The translations under genes and the position numbers were made by a program. Below the pieces are notes generated by a model. It was given only the letters and a program-made list of their open reading frames with translations. It searched no databases and was not told the origin of the DNA. 64,000 bases of DNA from Azolla caroliniana. Lineage: Eukaryota; Plantae; Polypodiophyta. Below, piece by piece: positions 35,814 to 49,281 of this stretch (the stretch's first letter is position 1; each line of letters starts with the position of its first letter). Location of the stretch: NCBI GenBank assembly GCA_043228905.1, contig JBHGNT010000001.1:16678001-16742000 (forward strand), given 5' to 3'.

Positions 35814-36066
35814 GGTCCTTCGTCTTCAACGATGAGACCCACAACTTCCGGATGCGGTTGTCTATGAACGTCACGAAGTACTGCGACCGAGCATGTGACT
35901 TTGTGTCCACTTGGCATACATTGGTATGCACAAGTTCCAGCGGTGCATTTTGTCTCATCGGTGGTTTGGTTTGGAAAGAGGTTCGGTTTTTCTTGCCGGC
36001 CAAGCAATCAGTGCATTTCTTGAGTTGCATGTCTTTCACCTACAATGGTAATCTTTGGTAAGTTTA
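35814..36066 (-). pseudogene. C2 integrase N-terminal fragment
   Basis: CTDCLAGK, YFVTFID, RKLWVSSLKTKD joining 5075. Confidence 0.88.
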
Positions 36067-36674
36067 TGTTGGGAATATGTCCCTCGAGTGGGAGGATGAT
36101 CCAATAGTTCGGAAAGTCGACAATTGAAGAGTCTGAAAACAGGAGCCGATTTGATGAGGAACTCAGCCTCGGCCGAAACCGAAATCGTGTAAATAGCCAA
36201 CTCGGGAGACTATACTTGTAAATAGTCTAAGTGTGCGCCCCATGAGGGCTACGTATGTAAATAAACAGAAATTTGCGTAAGTATATATGCAACTAGGGCA
36301 AACTTTTAGGTAAAAAAAAAAGAACAGTGTAAGTGCAGATGTCGAAAAAACGCAAGAGAGCGTGTGAGAGAGAAGAAGCGTGAGCCGCGCCATAGCTGTG
36401 TTTGTAACAGTAGACGCGAAGAGCCCTACGTGGCTGATACACTTGACAGAGTGTTGTAACCTTCTCACTGGTGTATATCCACTATTTGTATAGTGAAGTT
36501 CTGTTCCCGTGGTTTTCCCCGGTTTAGGGTTTCCACGTAAATCTCTGTGTACATCTGTTTATTTTGTCTTTCTGGTGTATTCTTGTGATTCGTATTTTAG
36601 CACGTAGTTCGTTTATTCTTATCTATTCCGCATCGATTTCTCAACAAACTGGTATCAGAGCTTGAGATGCAAGC

Positions 36675-38194
36675 ATGGAAGGAGGTGTGGGCGGATTCCT
36701 AGGTATGATAGTTCTAAACTCTCAGAACTATACAGACTGGAAGATAAAGATGGAAGACCTTCTCATAGTAAAAGACCTGTATGAGCCAGTCAACAGAGCA
36801 GAAATACCCAGGGGGTATTGGAGTTGGACTAGAAGCTCCTAAACAGAAAGGTCGTGGCCACTATCTGACAATGTGTTGATGTACGTGTCCTTCAGCATGT
36901 GACGAACGACACAAATGCTTATGAGATGTGGCAGAAGCGGTAGGGTTTTTATGAGAGGAAGAACGCGCTCAACAAAACCTCGCTAATGAGAAAAATCGTA
37001 CGGTTGAAATACAGGGATGGTGAGAGTATCATCGAACACATCAACACGTTTATGGGGTATGTAAATCAACTTGTTGCGACCAAGTTTCCCCTAGATGACG
37101 CAATGCAAGCCATCCTGCTGATGTGCACACTGCCGGAAAGTTGGGAGAACCTGGTGGTTACTCTCAGCACCTCCTGTCAAGAAGAGAACTTGTCTTTATA
37201 GACAGTGAAAACAAGCATCCTAAATGAGGAGTCCTATCCCAAACGGAGTCGAATCTGACCCAACATATGGATAAAGGAAGAGACCGACGAAGAAGAAGTC
37301 CGTAGCGAACAGACAAATCCTACGCCAGATCGAAGTCTAGGTAAGCCTGTGTGCTTTTATTGTGGAAAACCTGGACACTTCCAGAAGGACTGCCGACACA
37401 TGAGAAAAGACAACAGTGTCGGAAATAATGTTGAACCCTGAAAAATTCCAGATGAAAAGAACACTTCGGCCATTGCCATGAGCAATGAGGAACTCCTGTT
37501 CATTTGTGAACAGACAAGTGCAAACCTTGCAAGCGAAGAGTGCACTTGGGTGATTGATTGCAGCGCATCCTTCCATATTACTTCGTCGAGAGAGTATTTC
37601 TCGACTTACATAGCCGAGGATCATGGCTATGTAAAGATGGGTGATAGTGGAGAGTGCAATATAACCGGAGTCGGAAGTGTGTGCTTGACGACGTCAAACA
37701 GGGTGTCGACTAACGTTGAAGGATGTTCGACACGTCCCCGATATCAGATTGAATTTGATATCGACTGGAAGGCTTGACGACGAAGTCTACAATGGTAGTT
37801 TTCAGAATGGCAAGTGGAAGTTCTGCCGAGGAAACCTCATAGTGGCCCGAGCACAGAAAGAAAGCACATTGTACATGATGCATACCCGACTGTGCAAATC
37901 AGAAGTAAACGTGGCAACCGACTTGGCAGGAGAAATATGGCATAAGAGGCTAGGTCACATGAGTGAAAAGGGAATGCACCTGCTAGCCGACCAGAAACTT
38001 CTACTAGAAGTCAAGGGAGTGCACCTGGAGAAGTGTGTCGACTGCTTAACCGGAAAGCAGAACAGGACGACATTCCACTTGAGACCATCGAGGAGAAGAG
38101 AAGCTGCACTGGAACTAGTACACATGGACGTGTGCTATGTGGATGCTCTCCATCACATCGAGGTGGACAATACTTTGTAACGTTTTTTGACGAT
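36675..38194 (+). pseudogene. J gag, protease, integrase N-terminus
   Basis: CFYCGKPGH, WVIDC, WHKRLGH, YFVTFFD at the K junction. Confidence 0.88.
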
Positions 38195-41100
38195 TGTTGA
38201 GAGACAAGGTCAACATCGGCTGGATTGGCTGAGCAAGCCAAGGACCGGATCGGTTGGGACCAATCGGTTAGGCCGGACCGATGCGTAAAACGGATACGCA
38301 AACCGGTGCTTGAACCGAAAAGCCGTTAGAGAGATATTCCTCGTAACGAATAGTTTTGGGAGTAAGTTTCGAGGCTCATTTATGAGCAGTCAAGAACTGT
38401 CAGTACTTGTGTTAGCTCGATTGTTAGGGCTTGTATAAAAGGTGCTCACTGAGCACGGTGTATGTACAGATTGAGCATTATTTTGAATTGAGTTTTGTGT
38501 GTTCTCTCTCTGTCTCTCCCGCGTACTGTGCATATTCAAGCTCTCCATTAAACCTACGTATTTTCTCTGTGTTCGTTTTTCTATTGCTTCCGCACATAAT
38601 CTTTCACGTGGTATCAGAGCGCGAGGGTTGAGAACCTCTGCAGCCGACACAGCTTGAAAACAAAAACCAACCGAGAAGAACAGGTAAAACCGATGGATAG
38701 AGGCATGGCTAGCTCGCTTCTGACGGAGAAGCTCGACAGAAACAACTATGCATCTTGGTCCTACAAGATGCACCAATACCTGAGTACCTGCTCGGGCAGG
38801 GTTACTGGAGCTATGTCGATGGAGCAAATGATACAACACCCGAATCGACACACAAAGATTTCCCGGTGTGGGAACTGTCGACGAGCAGAGTATTGTACTG
38901 CTTCGCGTCTTGTGTGGGCGAACAGCTCCTCAGCTACATTCGGGATGCAAGAATGCCGAAGGGTGCGTGGGAAAATCTGAAGAAGATCTTCGCCTCGAGC
39001 ACCACAGCTAGGAAGCTTCAGCTCCGACAGGAGTTGAGCAATCTACAACAACGTGATTTGTCGGTGGCTGACTATACCTCGAATTATCAAGGACATATGC
39101 AACTCCTTAGCTTCCATCAATGTGAACATCGAGGAAAGCGAGATGGTCCAGGTCTGTCTCGAGGGTTTGGCGTCGAAGTTCGGGGCGTTCCGAACTGTTG
39201 TGTGCACACGCGCGAATACGGCGTCGTTTTTTGACTTACAGTCGATGCTCCTTATAGATGAGAACCACGCGGGGGCGTCGACGAGCACACATGCCGATAG
39301 CAAGATGTTGTACACGGAGGGAGATAGGCCTCGTGGTCATGGCGGACGAGGCGAGTCGGTGCACAATGGAGGCGGCCGGTGGGATCAAGGAAGAAGGCAC
39401 CGAAGTGATGCCGACAACAATTCTGGATCCTCCGGAAACAGGGGGAGTCGAGGCGATGAGAACCGGCAAGGGAAATCCGCCGCGGAATGCTGGTACTGTG
39501 GCAAGAAAGGCTACAGGGAGAGTGAGTGCTGGAAAAAGCGCGCCGATTCGAAGAGAATCGGGTCTGTATCAGGTTCCGGATAGACCGACAAGGGTAGTCG
39601 ACAGAAATCGCACTACGCCGAAGGTTTTGAAGAAAGGTCAGGCTTCTTGGTGAGACACGAAGCGAACTCGATGAAGAAGTCCGCCCCGAAATCGGATGAG
39701 TTGTGGTACGTCGACTGCAGCGCGTCAAATCACATGACAAGCCATACGGAGTGGTTCTCGTACCTAGAAAAACCGATGCAACCGGGAGTAGTCGCAACCG
39801 GAGACGACACTCCGCATCCGATCGCAAATGTCGGAGAAGTTCCCTTGAGCCATGTCGGGTAGAAAGGGAAACTCATGAATGTGCTACACGTTCCGACAAT
39901 CATGAAGAACTTGGTGTCGGTCGGACAGATCGTCGACCAAGGGACGGAGGTCCGGTTTACACACCTCAGGTGCTTCATTGAGGAAGAAGGCTGTGTTATT
40001 GCGCAAGGGCGTAGAGATGGGAGGATGTTCATCCTTGACTCTATTGACGGTGGCACCGCGATGTTCGCAAAGGGACAAAAAGTCAAGTCGGAAATCGACT
40101 TATGGCACAAGCGGATAGGCCATGTCAACTACCAACAACTTCAGGACCTACAATCGAAATAGGTGGTGTTCCGATTGCCCAAATTTAGTGGCCGGAAGGC
40201 ACAAATTTGTGAAGCCTGCCAGCTTGGGAAGCAACACCAACTTGCCTTCCCCAACGAGTGTAACCGGAGTTGGAAGAAGCTCGACTTGATACACTCTGAT
40301 GTGTGGGGGCCGGCACAAAACGTCAGCCTTGGCGGGAGCTGATATTTTGTCTCCTTCATCGACCACTACACACGGCACACGTGGATCTACCTCATTGAGA
40401 GGAAGAGCGAAGTCTTCGACTGTTTCCGGGACCTCAAAGGGTTCGTGGAAATGGAAACAGGAAGAAAGATCAAGTGCCTGCGGTCGGATGGCAGAAAAGA
40501 ATACTTTTCCGGTCAATTCAACGGTTATCTACAATAGATGGGAATTCGGCGCGAATTTAGTTGTAGATACACGCCAGAGCAAAACGACGTGGCCGAGAGG
40601 AGGAACCGGTCAATTGTAGAAGTGGTGCGGGAAATGCTGGAAGAAAAGAGCTTGCCCAAGTTTTATTGGGCCGAGGCGGTACGAACTGCGGTATGCATCA
40701 AGAATCGGATCGGAGACAAAGTGTCGGCACATGAGCAGTACTTCGGAAGGAAGCCGAATCTACGACATTTGAGAGTTTTCGGTAGCATTGCGTATGTGCA
40801 TGTACTGAAGGAGAAACGGAGGAAGTTTGATGCGAAAACGGAGAAGTGTATCTTGGTCAGCTACTCGGACGAGCAGAAGGGTTATAAGTGTTATAACCCA
40901 CACACCAAACAAGTGCACGTGAGCCGCGACGTTGTGTTTGACGAGTCCGCGTCCTGGTACTTGCCTCCGACTCCGGACCTCACCTCCAATCCGAGTTCTG
41001 ATGATGAGGTCAGCGAGGCTGAGATGCCTCCGGATGAGCCTGAAATCGGGACCCGTGAAGAGAGTCCGATTTCGTTTCAGTTAAGTGGACCGAATGGACA

Positions 41101-43870
41101 ACTGAGTCGGTAGACCAGTCCAATGAAGAGTCGGCGAGTAGTGGAAACTCAGCCGTGCATTCCCTGCGCAAAGAGAAAGGGAAGAAGAAGGTGTCGGATT
41201 CCGGCACGGATAAGAATGAGTCAGACCGACGTGAGTCCAACTCCGAGGGAAGCGGTGATGGGTCTTCAAGAGCGAAGTCCGCATCGGCTGAGAAGACCTC
41301 AACATCGGCTAATGATCGATTACGCCGATCTACCTGCAAGAAGAATCTAGTTGTGCGGTTCGGATACAACGAGTACATGGCGCATCATTATGCGTACATG
41401 AACCATGTAGCGGAAGTGCGTGAGCCGGAGAGCTATGCAAAAGAGGCTAAGGACGCGAATTGGCGCGCCGCGATGGAGGAAGAGATGCACGCATTGGCGG
41501 AAATAGAGACCTGGGACCTGGTTGACGCACCGAAGGGTGTGAAGCCGATCGGATGTAGGTGGGTGTACAAGGTCAAGAACAACACCGACGGCTCGGTCAA
41601 CCGATACAAGGCCCGGTTAGTGGCAAAAGGCTACGCGCAGAAACACAACATCAACTACGATGAGATGTTTGCGCCGGTTGCGAAGATGACGACCGTCCGT
41701 GTTTTGCTCGTGATAGCTGCGGCAAAGAATGCGTTCCTGCAAGGTGAGCTTGAGGAATAGGTGTACATGGTACAACCCCCGGATTCCACTCCGGAATGAA
41801 CACGTCAGTAGTGTGCCGATTGAAGAAGTCCCTTTACGGACTAAAGCAAGCCCCACGTGCCTGGAACACAAAGATCACGCAACAACTGCGTCGGATGGGC
41901 TTTGCAACGTCAAAATCGGACTCTTCCCTATTCATCCAGAAAGGTCGACTCAGTCCGGTCAGTATTTTACTATATGTTGATGACTTGGTCATCACCGACA
42001 CTGACCTAGGTGAAATCGACCGCGTGAAGCTTCAACTTGTGGCATCGTTCGACATGAAGGATCTGGGGAATCTTCATTACTTCCTCGGGATCGAAGTAAT
42101 CCGTACCCCCGAAGGCATATTGTTTAGCCAATGCCATTATGTGCTGAGTATGCTCTTCAAATTCGGGATGGCCGACTGTAAGTCCGCCTCGACTCCTCTG
42201 GATAGAACTGTCAACCTTCACCCCAATTCCGGAAAGGTATGTGACTCGACGAGGTTCCCACAAATTGTCGGAAGCCTTATCTACTTGAAAATCACCCGAG
42301 CTGATCTCAGTTATCCGGTCGGGGTGATCAGTCAGTTCATGGTGCGACCTACCGAGGACCACCTTCAGTGTGCACAATGTGTTCTGCGGTACATAAGCGG
42401 CACTAAGGACTGGGGACTGCTATATCGAACCGGTATAGCCTTGCAATTGGTCGGCTACACCGATGTTGATTGGGCTGGCAACGCCGCCGATCGCCGATCC
42501 ACATCCGGATATGCGTTCTCTCTTGGGAGTGTCGTGATAGCGTGGAGCAATAAGAAGCAGCCTATAGTTGCACTGTCGAGCACCAAAGCTGAGTACCGAG
42601 GAGCGGCTGTCGCGACATGCGAAGCCATATGGTTGAAGCGGCTACTTAAGGACCTGCAAGAGGAGGTGTTTGATCCGACGACGATCTACTGCGACAACCT
42701 CAGCAGCATCCAGCTCACGAAGAACCCCATTTTCCATGCACGGACCAAGCACATTGAGGTGCACTACCATTTTGTCCGTGAGCATGTCATTTTTGGTGAA
42801 GTCGAACTTCAGTATGTTCCGACGAATCGGCAAACTTCCGACATCTTCACCAAGCCCCTTGGTCTGGACAAGTTGCGGCAATTTTCGGGTGCGCTTGGGT
42901 TGCGTCACCTCAACGTGCCAAACTTGAGGGGGAGAACATTCTTGAAAGACCAAGCAAGGGAGCGGAAGAGGCCGTGACACTGAGTTGGATGACGAATTCG
43001 ACTTCGGCTCGGCTGAAGAAGCCGAGGGCGGATCCGCGGAAGAATCCAAAAGCGGACATAAGGGGAGCGGCCGAAAGAAAGAGCCGAAGCAAACCAAGCA
43101 TGGGGGAGATGACGCCGTCAAGGGCGAGAAGACCGAAGATGAGTTGGAGACAGCCAACTCGGACGAGAGCGAAAACCAATCGGAGGTAGCCGAGTCGGTT
43201 CAGATGGTTGATTCGGATACACTGAATCAACCGTGGGCTAAACGGAAAAGAAGGTAGCAGGAGAAGCGCCAACACCGCGACAACAAGGGTTGTGAGAGCA
43301 GACAAGCCGACCGGAAGGGTCGAAGCGCGCGGAGTCGAACTGGCCAAGGAGCGCGAGCGAGGCGTGGAGCCAGGAGAAACCGGAGCGGTGATCCGGAAGA
43401 TCCTGAAGAGCCTCAAGTTGAGCTTGAGGGGGAGTGTTGAGAGACAAGCTCAACATTGGTCGGATCGGCTAAGCAAGCTGAGGACCGGATCGGTTGGGAC
43501 CGATCGGTTAGGCCGGATGGGTGCGTAAACGGATACGCAAACCGGTGCTTAACGAGAGGCCGTATTGGTGTGTGAACTGAAAGGCCGTTAGAGAGATATT
43601 CCTCGTAAGGAATAGTTTTGGGAGTAAGTGTCGAGGCTCATTTATGAGCAGTCAAGTACTGTCAGTACTTGTGTCAACCCGATTGTCAGGTCTTGTATAA
43701 AAGGTGCTCACTAAACATGGTGTATGTACAGATTGAGCATTATTTTGAATTGAGTTTTGTGTGCTCTCTCTCTGTCTCTCCCGCGTACTGTGCATATTCA
43801 AGCTCTCCATTAAACCTACGTATTTTCTCTGTGTTCGTTTTTCTATTGCTTCCGCACATAATCTTTCACA
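38195..43870 (+). mobile_element. Copia element K (same lineage as F)
   Basis: LTRs 38195-38608 and 43435-43870, PBS 38609-38620, PPT GAGGGGGAG, TSD ACGAT/ACGAC. Confidence 0.94.
38693..43440 (+). pseudogene. K gag-pol with C-terminal extension
   Basis: Colinear homology with F ORF fragments; RT/RNase H ORF 41796-42977. Confidence 0.92.
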
Positions 43871-43875
43871 ACGAC

Positions 43876-46436
43876 TATAGTCGGAAAACATGGGCCTTTA
43901 TACTGAACTCGAAGGATCAAGTATTGTCGGTTTTCAAGGAGTTCCAGGCAAGAACTGAAAGAGAGTCGAGTCAAAAACTGAAGGTTGTCCGAACCAACAA
44001 TGGTGGCGAATACAAAGGGCAGTTCAAAGAATACTACAAGTGCCAATGTATTTGAATTGAATACACAGTACCAAAGACCCTAGAGTTGAACAGGCTTGCA
44101 GAGAGGATGAATCGAACGATCATGGAGACAGTGAGGAGCATGCTCTCTCATGCGAAACTGTTGAAATCCTATTGGGCTGAGGTGAGGTACACAACTATTT
44201 ATCTGATCAACAAGTCTCCCTCGGTATCTCTAAAGGGTGATGTCCCACAGGGGGTGTGGACAGGGAAGGATTTCTCCTACCAACACCTGAGGGTGTTTGG
44301 ATGTTTGGCGTATATGCATGTACCAAAGGATCAGAGGTCAAAGCTCGACAACAAGTCGAAAGCATGCATATTTATGGGACCTAGTCAACAAGAAGGTAGT
44401 GAGAAGTCGGGATGTAGTCTTTCTAGAAGACAAGACAATTGAAGATTGGAAGCAACAGAAGTCGGAACCGACTCCCCAGTCAACCTCGACTACCATTGAC
44501 TTAAGGCCAAGTGAGTCGTCACCGACAACTGTAAGGAGACAGCTGGCCGATAGACTATGAGTTAGAGTTGGTAGAGATGCTGAAGTCAATTGATGAATAT
44601 GAGTTGGAGTTATCCAACCTGGAGATGCCGATTGACGAGCAAAATCCCGAGCAGAGAGAAGAGTTGGCAGAGACATCCGGACTAGAGCCAACAACAACTG
44701 GACAAAGATACCCACTTAGAGAAAGGAAGGCACCGATTACATATGCCAGTCAATACGTCCTCTTGACTGATGACGGTGAACCGGAATGCTATGAAGAAGC
44801 CATTGCCGACGAGAGCAAAGAAAAATGGCCGAGTGCGATGCAAGAGGAGATGGAATACTTGCACGCAAATTACACCTACGACCTAGTAGAGCTTCCAAAT
44901 GGTAAGAGAGCACTCAGGAATAAATGGGTCTACAAGTTGAAGACTGGAGAAGTCGACAGCGAGACAAGGTATAAAGCCCGCATAGTGGTGAAGGGTTTCC
45001 AACAGAAGAAGGGCGTCGACTTGGACGAAATATTCGCACCAGTTGTGAAGATGACATCCATTCGAACTGTTCTGAGCATAGCAGCCAATTTGGACCTGGA
45101 GATCAAATAGTTGGATGTCAAAACCGCATTTCTGCACGGGGAGCTAGAAGAAGAAATTTACATGCAGCAACCCGAAGGCTTTGAGGAGAAAGGGAAAGAG
45201 AATCTAGTGTGTCGACTGAGGAATCTAAAACAAGCTCCACGCCAATTGTACAAGAATTTCGAGTCCTTCATGATGGAACATCGGTTCCAGAAAACACAGG
45301 CTGATCACTATGTGTTCGTAAAAAGGTACGAGGAAGGAGATTTCTTGATTCTCTTACTATATGTTGATGATATGTTGATAGTCGGTCAAGACACAAGGAA
45401 GATTGGAAGCTTGAAGAAAGCTCTCAGCAAATCATTTGCCATGAAAGACCTTGGACCGGCAAAGCAAATCCTAGGAATGCACATAACCGGAGACACAGCT
45501 CGGAAGGTGCTATGGTTGTCATAACAGAAGTATGTGACAAAGATCCTAGAGAGGTTCAACATGTCGAATGCAAAGCCGGTCGGCTCAGTGTTGCCGACAA
45601 ATTGCAGATTGAATGCAAAGCAGTGTCCGAAAGGGCAGAAGGAAAAGGTTGAGATGAAGAAGGTACCATATGCCTCGGCCGTCGGCAGTCTAATGTATGC
45701 TATGGTCTGTATGAGACCGGACATAGCATTTGATGTGGGAGCAGTAAGCCGATATATGAGTAATCCAGGGAGAGAACACTGGGTAGCAGTGAAGTGGATA
45801 CTCAGGTACTTGAAAGGCACCTCGGAGGTGTGCCTAAGGTATGGTGTCGGAAATCCTGTGCTGGAAGGTTTTACCGATTCGGACATGTCTGGAGATACCG
45901 ACTCAAGCCGATCCATGTTAGGGTACCTGATGACCTATGCAAGGGGAGTAGTGTCATGGCAGTCACGACTGCAGAAGTCTGTAGCCTTGTCGACTATAGA
46001 GGCAGAGTATATGGCAGCGGTAGAGGCCGGAAAAGAGCTGATTTGGATGAAGAGTTTTCTCACCAAACTAGGCATGGAGTAAAAGGAGTTCTTGCTTCAC
46101 TGTGACAGTCAAAGCGCTATACACCTAGCCAAGAACACGGCATACCACTCCCGGACCAAGCACATACACAGAAGGTATCACTGGTTGCGGGAGAGTGTCG
46201 AAGAAGGAGAGTTTTCCCTTGTAAAGATCCATACCGACGACAATGGATCTGACATGCTGATGAAGAACCTACCTATGGACAGACTCAAAGTCTGTCGACA
46301 AAATACAGGACTGATAGATTTTTCTCCCACAGGAGTGAAGGGGGAGTTTGTTGGGAATATGTCCCTCCAGTGGGAGGATGATCTGACTATTCGGAAAGCC
46401 GATAGTCGAAGAGTCGGAAAACAGGAGCCGAGTTGA
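43876..46436 (+). pseudogene. J integrase core, RT, RNase H
   Basis: LAERMNRT, YKARIVVKG, LYVDD, STIEAEY, HSRTKHI. Confidence 0.9.
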
Positions 46437-46927
46437 TGAGGAACTCAGCCTCGACTGAAACCGGAATCGTGTAAATAGCCAACTCGGGAGACTATACTTG
46501 TAAATAGTCTAAGTGTGCGCCCCATGAGGGCTACGTATGTAAATAACCAGAAAGTTGCGTAAGTATATATGCAACTAGGGCAAACTTTTAGGTAAAAAAA
46601 AAGAACAGTGTAAGTACAGAAGTCGAAAAAACACAAGAGAGTGTGTGAGAGAGAAGAAGTATGAGTTATGCCATAGCTGTGTTTGTAACAGTAGACGCGA
46701 AGAGCCCTACGTGGCTGATACACTCGACAGAGTGTTGTAACCTTCTCGCTGGTGTATATCCACTATTTGTATAGTGAAGTTCTATTCCCGTGGTTTTCCG
46801 CGTTTTAGGGTTTCCACGTAAATCTCTGTGTACATCTGTTTATTTTATCTTTCTAGTGTATTCTTGTGATTCGTATTTCAGCGTGTAGTTCATTTATTGT
46901 GATCTATTCCACATCGATTTCTCAACA

Positions 46928-47741
46928 GTTTGCACATCCTTTTTTGGCTCACGTGGCACAACCCAACGACATTGTCGGATGCCACATTTAGTTCCTCCCG
47001 GCATATCCGGGCATGCATGAGGTACAATGAGTTGATCTTCCAGGCTTGAGCCATGATCAGGATTCCTTTGCTAAACTTCATGGCTCCGTTCTAGATGCTA
47101 CCCCTGTAGCCTTCATCATCTAGCTGACCAACTAATATCAGGTTCAACTAAACCTCCGGAATGTGTCAGACATCCTTCAACAACAACTTCCACCCAGTTG
47201 ATGTCATCAACCACACATCTCCTATGTCGACAATTCGGCATGCATAGTGATTCCCCATCCTTACACTATCGTGATCATTGGCTCTATAGGATGTGAAGCA
47301 TTTCCGGTCGAGGGACAAGTGAAACGATGCTCTGGAGTTGACCACCCACGTCGTTTCATCGCTGACAAGGTATAGCTCACTATCTTCGGTGATAAGCAAC
47401 AGTTCTTCTTCATTTGTCATGATTGCAGACGTTCCTCTCCTTTCCAAAATCTGCTTCGGTTTCGGAATGTTGGCCCCTCCTTTGGCTTTTCGGAAGTGTC
47501 GAAAATTCTTCTAGAAGTGCCTCAGAATGTCGCCCCCCTCCCTCTTGACTTCGACCTCATCCCCGATTTGTCCTGATTCTGGGTACTCTGATTCTGGCTT
47601 CTTCCATAACGAAGGCCTTCAGATCGATTCCGGAGTCACGGTCCTTCTGACGAGCTTCTTCATCTAGCAAGCTTGATTTACCCTTGCTAGGGATAGGTGT
47701 TTTCCTTCCGGCCCGATGTTGCCCAAAGTGACAACTAGCGT
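46928..47741 (-). pseudogene. C2 gag C-terminal part/protease fragment
   Basis: Homologous to C1 900-1780 (LVVTLGN, SSLLDEEAR, TTWVVNS); cut by the W3 LTR. Confidence 0.87.
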
Positions 47742-49209
47742 TGTCGTGAAAATCCATCACTATGTGTGGATCATGAGGCGGAACCGCCAGGGTTCTAAAC
47801 GGGCAGGAAATAGGGCTCACACACACAACACAAGGAAGTCTTACACAAAAAAGGCACGAGTATTTGAACGTGTTTGTGAAAAGGAGAGGTGCATGGGCAA
47901 GCCCTAATCAACCCCTAATCACAAGGCGAACGAATGCACGTGAGGAAGGCTTACACATGGACACACAAGGAAACGGCTTACTTACACACACGAGAGAAAG
48001 AGTTTCGAATGCCTTTGTAAAAAGAGAGGTGCATGAGCAAGCCTGAACGCTCCCTTGTTACAAGAAACGCGAACACACAAGCAAGGTTTACACACGGGAG
48101 ATAAATTTTGAACGCTATCATGAAGATTTTCGGAAATGGTGTGAAAATTACATGGAATGTACAAAATCGAGTGTCGTTCTTATATTAGTTTAATATCTTG
48201 GTACGAAAAGATGGATGTCTTCAAGAGATTCCGAATACATTTTACTACATGTGAAACAGACAACTTAGTGTTAAGTTATGTGAGTGTGAAGTTTGAGATG
48301 AAGAAGAGGAAAACAAAATTGTGTGATATTCCACATAGATAGGACACCATCAAGATTCAAGAGTATATTAGAGCCATACCTCTTTATATTTCATCTATGT
48401 GTCACGAGCACAAAAAGGTTGGGTTGTACAACTTGGACGAATGGATGTGGACGAACCGGAGCCGGACCAGGCGACATCGGAACCGGACCGGATGGACCGG
48501 ATCACTGGGTCAGATGCGGACTGGATGAACCAGATAAACGAATCGATCGGATAGGTTGATCGCGACGATTTCGGTGTGAAACGAACAAAATAATCTAGAC
48601 TAAAAAAAAAAAACTAGTAAAAATTTGTATACAAAGGGATACAAGCAAGGCTTCAACCTTGCACCTCCAAGATAGGAAGTAGTAACTTACCACTAAGCCA
48701 AGTCATTTCTTTAGAAATATTTTTTCTACCATTATACTTTCACATGTAAATTCTCATATTAGAACTTGAATGAGTGACATGGTTATCATGCATGACATGT
48801 AATGCATGAGTGCCAAATGGCAAAGATGGATCACATGCATTCCATGCATTGTATGCATGTCTTACCCTCACATACATCATATGCATGGGGGCATCTATAA
48901 AAGAGTGATGAAAAAGATCAATGGGAGCTATGTATTAATCAAGAATTTAAGAAGAAGAAAATTGGTTATCCAATTGACGATATATCTTGTTCCTCAAATC
49001 GAAAGTCAAGGGTTCAATCTTAATCTCTCTCTCGATTTCAATCTCTCTCAATCTAAAGTCAAGTGTTCTATCTTATCTCAATCTCCCTCTCTTTCAATCT
49101 ATCTTAAATACTTTCTCGCTAAAGCTAGTACAAACTTAAAATCCTTCCGGTCCAGAACCCCGGCGGTTCCACCTCACGATCCACACATAGTGACAGATTT
49201 TTCATGACA
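47742..49209 (+). repeat. 5' LTR of W3 (~1.47 kb) with ~55-bp terminal inverted repeats
   Basis: 47742-47796 is the reverse complement of 49154-49209; CTATAAAA near 48896. Confidence 0.85.
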
Positions 49210-49281
49210 TAATTAAGTGGTGAACCCGACGTGAAAGAGACGGTAGGAAGGAGCAAGTCGAGGATCACCCGATACTTGGAG

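Larger units (their letters stand above)
36067..46927 (+). mobile_element. Copia element J (Tnt1/Tork-like), contains K
   Basis: LTRs 36067-36646 and 46349-46927, PBS 36650-36661, PPT GAAGGGGGAG, TSD GTTTA/GTTTG. Confidence 0.94.

Noticed and set aside
47742-49209. MITE or TIR DNA transposon
   Set aside because: TG...CA ends, no TSD at its right end, and directly followed by a Trp PBS and gag, so it behaves as an LTR.
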